Shown piece after piece: positions 58,801 to 64,000 of a DNA stretch of 64,000 nt. The number at the start of each line of letters is the position of its first letter. Position 1 is the first letter of the stretch. The translations under genes were made by a program, and so were the position numbers. A model generated the notes under the pieces. The model saw nothing but the letters and a program-made list of their open reading frames with translations. It was not told where the DNA came from and ran no database searches. This DNA comes from Dicyema japonicum (taxonomy: Eukaryota; Animalia; Dicyemida), in contig RDEW01000004.1 in assembly GCA_011109175.1 (NCBI GenBank), positions 1,078,030 through 1,142,029 on the forward strand, read 5' to 3'.

Positions 58801-60559
58801 GGTTGGCGGAACTATCAAAAATCATATTCGAGGTTTCAAAAACCGCATTAAAGTATTTGAGACTTGTGTTTCTTAGGTGACTCGGGAAGAATGTATGGGT
58901 AAAAGTCGGTTGGAAAGCCCTACCGTTTCATATTACTTCACCCATAACTTAATTTGCAGTGTTTACTTTATAATAACTCACTTATCAGTCGAGAGACGAC
59001 ACTTGGGACACACAGAGAGGATCGAGAGTAATCTTTCCCCAACTCATTCACAACATCCATTCATGAAAAAAGAAATCTTTCACAATAAACCCAACAAAAA
59101 ACCGAATGACTTGATTACTCTGACAGACATCCACTCAACTAGGGAAGGTCATCCAGTTATTCCAGTAGATTAAAGTGCACCCTTTGGAGTCTTCTGAAAA
59201 ATCCAGCATTCTTCTTAGGGATTCTATCGTTTTGGAAGGGGATAATACATATCTATGAGCTTGTATTTATAAACCAAATAAATATAGGAAAATTATTGAG
59301 ACACGCTAGAAAAACTAGGATCTCTGATAGGAAACAAGGAAGACGTCTAAACTAAGGATGTTTAAAAACCTAAGACTTTCATGTTAAACCCAGGGCGGAG
59401 TCGTTATGACTCCTTCGTGGAGTCCATATTATTATATAACGTTAGGACATTCGGGAACACAAAAGTTAAAGCAGAAAGGATAGATTTCTTTCATTTGAGT
59501 CATATGTGAAAAGTTACTGGAATGAGCTGGACTACCACAATCTCAAATAATTTAATCTATAAAATGTGCAGATGCAATAACTCTGAAAGCATGGAATCAT
59601 GCTGGACATATTTTGAAAAAAGACACAAAGCCCTCAGCCTATTAAGCCATGAAAAGCTTTTTACAAGAAATCAGCTCTCCTTAGAAAGCAAAGAATAATC
59701 TCACCAGTCGTCCCAAATAATTATCTAAAACCAATAAAAGGGAGTCGAAATCAATGAAATATCTAACAATAAAGAAACGCAGAAGAGAATAACATTTAAA
59801 ATTGTGTTTGACTGCACATTGGATGTTATAAGTTCAATGGTTCACGTGAAAATATTTATTATTTTATTTAAGAAAGTTTCCTCCCAAGGGAAATTTTCAG
59901 AGATCAGTACTCTCCCTTCATTTTTCAATCCTCACTTCAATGAAATGTCCAAACTTAAGCAACTTTTTCATATCTTACGGTGATGATCTCATCATTGCAT
60001 CCAAAAAAAACTCAGATTTGAAAACTATATCAAGAAATATACTCCCATTGACCGTTAAACTGAAAGGCAGAGATTCTGTCATTTTGTGATCATCACTAAT
60101 TGCGTAGCTTATAATATTCCAGTAATCAGCTGATCCTAATTAACCAACCTTTCTCAAAACCATTAAAAGCAGACACATTCATAGGATTCTTACTGACCTC
60201 CTAAGAACACTTTATAAAATTTCCTCTCCGTCAAAAGTCTAACCTGACTAAAGAATTCACGACATTGTGTTCACTTATCACATAGACTCCTTGGAAATGA
60301 GAAAACGCTCGAGCACAGCCTTCGTGAGATCACCAGTTCGGAATAATTGGTTCCAATAATAATCAGAAAAAGAATACATAACTAGACATCATGGAAGTGA
60401 AGGATATCTTGCAGGGACCTTAGTTTTGGTCATGATTCCTATATGTTATTGAAGCCTTGGATAAAGATAATCTGATTTGAAGCCCCACGTTTAAGATTAT
60501 ATAGTAATATTTTCTGGTTTTCATTTGTAAAATCAATATTTATTAATTTTATATGGGAG

Positions 60560-61060
60560 AGAAAAGAGGGTAAATGGTCATATAGAGGCTCCACTGACTG
60601 TGTGGTTATTCCCTCTCATGATGGCAGCGAGATTCGTCAAATAACCAGCAGCGCTCACGAGGGTTTCTGATCGTGAAGCGATCCGATTCATTAGACGACT
60701 CAAGAATTCCAGCGTAGCAGGCGAAAGGGAATTAGACATCTCAACGGCGAGTGGAACAAACATCAGCCGCAGAGCAGGTTCCAGAGGCACTCTGGAGTAG
60801 GTTGCAAGGGGCAAACGTGTTAGTGTAGGTGACGTCCAAGACACGAGGTTTCCCGGCTTCAAGAGGGAAGATTGTCATCCCATCTTGTCACTTCCCGTCC
60901 TACCTGCAAAGACCAACTGGTTCGAACATGGAAAAGTGTCCGGCGGCGTCCGAAGCTCGCCTAACGACTTCGTTTAAGGTCACGTGTCTGGGAAATCTTT
61001 CTGCACTCTTCCTGCAGGAGAGAGGGTGTAGGCCAAAACAGTCTATCTTGTCTTTACAGA
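60560..61060 (-). mobile_element. CRE-clade 3' fragment
   Basis: GLHPLSCRKSAERFPRHVTLNEVVRRA, AGKPRVLDVT, AIMRGNNH. Confidence 0.85.
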
Positions 61061-61106
61061 TGTGTAAAATTAATCGTTTTTAAAAATAAAAATTAAATTT
61101 TAAGGA

Positions 61107-62950
61107 TTATATTAAAATTCTCATGTTATTAATTCGGTAATACCATTCATAAAATATTATATACTTTTTATCTTTGACACGAAGGGCTGTTAACTTTCTA
61201 ACTGTGAATATGGTTATTCCAGCTAAAGCAAGTAAAACGGCTAAAACAGTGGCTACTATATAAAATATTCTATAATTAAATAGAAAATTCACTTTTTATT
61301 GTCATCTAAATTTTACAATAAAATCTACCTTTCTGTATTTCTGGAGTTGTGCCATTTTTGAGTATTGTAGTGAAACGTGATAAAATAGTAGTAGTGGTTG
61401 TTGAAGGAGTTGTAGTGGAAGGAATTGTAATAGTTGTAGCTTGAGAAATAGTATTAATGATTGTTGATTGAGTTGTTGTTGTAGTAGAAGGAATAGAAGT
61501 AGTAGTAGAAGTTATTGTAGTGGAAGGAATACTATTTGTTGTATTAGGAAGAATAGTAGTAATTGTTGAAGGAACTGTAGTAGTTGTTGTAGTAGTTGTA
61601 GAACAGGTTGTTTTAGTTGAAGGAATATTAGTTGTCGTAGTAAAAGAGATAGTAGAATTTGTTGTTTGTGGAGTTGTCGAGGTATTTGTCTTTTTAATGG
61701 GAGGAATAGTTGAATTTGTCGTCGATGGAGTTGTAGTATAAAACGTAGTTGTTTTAGTAGTGGGAATAGTACTAGTAACTATTGATGTCGTATTAAATGT
61801 TGTAGTAGTAGGATGAATAGTGGTAGTGGTCGTTGAAAGAGTTGTTGTAGTGGATATAGTGGATGGAGTAGTGGTTGTTGTTGGTGGAATAGTGGTTTTT
61901 ATTGAAGGGGTAGTAGATATTGTGGATGTATTAGTGATTTTTGTTGAAGGCATAGTAGATGTGTATTGAATAATAGCTGTTGTAGTGGGAAGAATATTAG
62001 TAGTTGATGAAAAGGTTGTACTAATTGGTTTAGTAGGAATAATAATAGTAGTAATTGTTGAAGGGGTTGTACTTGTAGTAAGAGGAATAGTAGTAGTAAT
62101 TGTAGAAGAGGCTCTATGGATGGTAGTACTGGTTGTTGATGGAGTTGTAGTATTTGTATAAGTAGGAATAGTAGAACTGGTTATTAAAGTAGTTGTCGTA
62201 GTATTTATCGTTGTAGTGGGAGGAACAGTAGAATTTGTTATTAAAGGAGTTGTCGTAGTATTTATTGTTGTAGTGGGAGGTACAGTAGAATTTGTTATTA
62301 AAGGAGTTGTCGTAGTGTTTATTGTTGTAGTGGGAGGTACAGTAGAATTTGTTATTAAAGGAGTTGTCGTAGTATTTATTGTTGTAGTGGGAGGAATAGT
62401 AGAATTTGTTATTAAAGGAGTTGTCGTAGTATTTATCGTTGTAGTGGGAGGAACAGTAGAATTTGTTATTAAAGGAGTTGTCGTAGTATTTATAGTTGTA
62501 GTGGGAGGAACAGTAGAATTTGTTATTAAAGGAGTTGTCGTAGTATTTATCGTTGTAGTGGGAGGAACAGTAGAATTTGTTATTAAAGGAGTTGTCGTAG
62601 TGTTTATAGTTGTAGTGGAGGAAGTAGAATTAGTTGTGTAGTTATGTAGAGGAATAGAGGTTATTAAGTTGTCGTAGTGTTTAGTTGTAGTGGAAGGAAT
62701 AGAAGTATTGTAGAGATGGGGTAGTAGTGGTTGTGTAGAAGTAGTAGTCGCAGTTGTTTTAGGTGTAGTAGTGGTTGTTGTAGTAGTCTTAGTAGTAGTC
62801 ATTGTGGTCGTAGTTGTAGTATAATCGCTCTTACAATGATAGAAACAGTTAGTCATAACACAATTCGAACCTCCTTCAATTTCAATGGCCATCATTAATA
62901 TAACCTAAATTTAGAATTTTGAAACTTACTCCAATATTTATCGCAAACAT
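61107..62950 (-). CDS. Long Thr-rich mucin-like type-I membrane protein, paralogue 3
   Basis: MFAINIG|VILMMAI (25-nt intron), Cys-containing head, about 500-aa Thr/Ser/Pro tract, 13-nt microexon (61293-61305) between two 23-nt introns, TM FYIVATVLAVLLALAGITIF. Confidence 0.85.
62162..62617 (-). repeat. Coding minisatellite, 57-bp unit, 7 copies plus 1 divergent
   Basis: Unit encodes TTTINTTTTPLITNSTVPP, with two N-x-T sequons per unit. Confidence 0.95.
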
Positions 62951-63862
62951 TTGATGATTTGTCAGATTTATTTTTTTATTATTTTTTATGCTCGCCTTTA
63001 AAAATAGTATTTATTTTTTTATCATGTAAAAAATTAAATTAAAAATTTATCGATTATTGTTTTACTTATTTAATCAAAAAAACTAAAGTAACTGTGGACG
63101 CCTAATTGCCGCTTTTCTTTTCTTAATTTTAATGGCGATTCTTGTCCCCTAAATAAATACAACACAAAATAAAAAAGATGTTAAGCTTAACTAGATATTC
63201 GATCCCGGTCTTCCTTACAATAAAAGAAATGAATTTCGATGGGCATACGACTGTTGTAATCACCGGTAATAAATTACATCATGGTGGAGAGGTGAAAGTC
63301 TGTGGAGTGAAAGAGATGAAAGAATGTTGGATTCAAAAAAGTTGACGTGGCATAAATCGCTTTAAAGGCTATTTTTTCCGAAATCTTTGATACCACCAAT
63401 ACGGAAATACATTGACGGGTAAGTTCAGATGCTTTGCAGTAAGTATTCTGATTACTGCATTATGCAGCAATTAGCTATTTTTGATTCCAAAGAGATAATA
63501 TATGTTGCTTTCGTGGAACAAAATATTGGAGTTAGAGCTTTCTAAGAGCACTCCTGAGTGTTGTTGTTCCAAAGATTATCTAAGGACTCGCTTATCTATG
63601 CTGTTGACATCTTCCATATATGAGTGGAGAGTGTTATAGGTATTTTTGTTTCCCTAGGCCATCTAGGCTCAATTTGGGGGTGAAGGATCTCTGGGAACGA
63701 CCTACCTTTGCGGCGTACATCTTTAGTGTTAATGAAGCCTAGATAAAAATAATCTGATTTGAAACCGCACATTTAAGATTATAGTAGTATTTTCTGTTTC
63801 TCATTAATAAAATCCTTTTTTGTAAAATTAAAAAAAAAGTTTTGTAATGCCCCATTTAACTT

Positions 63863-64000
63863 TTATTGACTTTTTATCCTTGAAACAACCAACTGTTTTG
63901 ACTTTTTAACTGTGAACATGGTTATTCCAGCTAAAACAAATAAAAAGGCTAAAACACTCCATACTAAAATAAACATTCTACAATTAAATGAAAAATTCAC
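63863..64000 (-). CDS. Last exon (TM + tail) of mucin-like paralogue 4; the gene continues beyond the window
   Basis: 23-nt intron at 63978-64000, then MFILVWSVLAFLFVLAGITMFTVKKSKQLVVSRIKSQ*; homologous to 61170-61292. Confidence 0.8.
   Translation of the reverse strand: MNFSFNCRMFILVWSVLAFLFVLAGITMFTVKKSKQLVVSRIKSQ

Noticed and set aside
62162-62617. CRISPR-like array
   Set aside because: Contiguous coding tandem repeat without spacers, in a eukaryotic genome.
61520-62641. Val-rich + strand ORFs (also the - strand ORFs 33114-33443 and 38670-38930)
   Set aside because: Antisense shadows of Thr-rich mucin codons.

Overview
Eukaryotic, AT-rich, animal-like nuclear DNA; roughly half (by eye) is nested transposon debris. 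Host genes have extremely short GT-AG (one GC-AG) introns, mostly 18-27 nt. That fits a dicyemid-type reduced parasite, but this is inference and other tiny-intron animals are not excluded. Host genes seen: HAUS1-like (-), a small orphan single-pass membrane protein (+), BAZ1A/ACF1 (-), RAMAC/FAM103A1 (-), an RDH11-14-type SDR (+), and four paralogous Thr-rich mucin-like membrane proteins. Mobile elements: CRE-clade RLE retrotransposons with an N-terminal PHD finger (one near-intact copy shows a twin-priming-like inversion), Ingi/Vingi-like LINEs (one with a 2A StopGo motif), RTE, gag+APE+RT LINEs (one with an intact ORF2), R4/Dong-like RLE elements, a hAT (Buster/ZBED5-type) relic, a pogo/Tigger relic and several SINE-like families. 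Main points of interest: the inverted CRE insertion, a covarying 3' RNA stem shared by many LINE families and a non-coding SINE, a Tigger-derived patch inside a LINE RT, a +1 frame break at CTA-TGA-A in the BAZ1A PHD finger, and intron remodelling in the mucin family. All calls are from manual reading and remembered family motifs; no searches were run.
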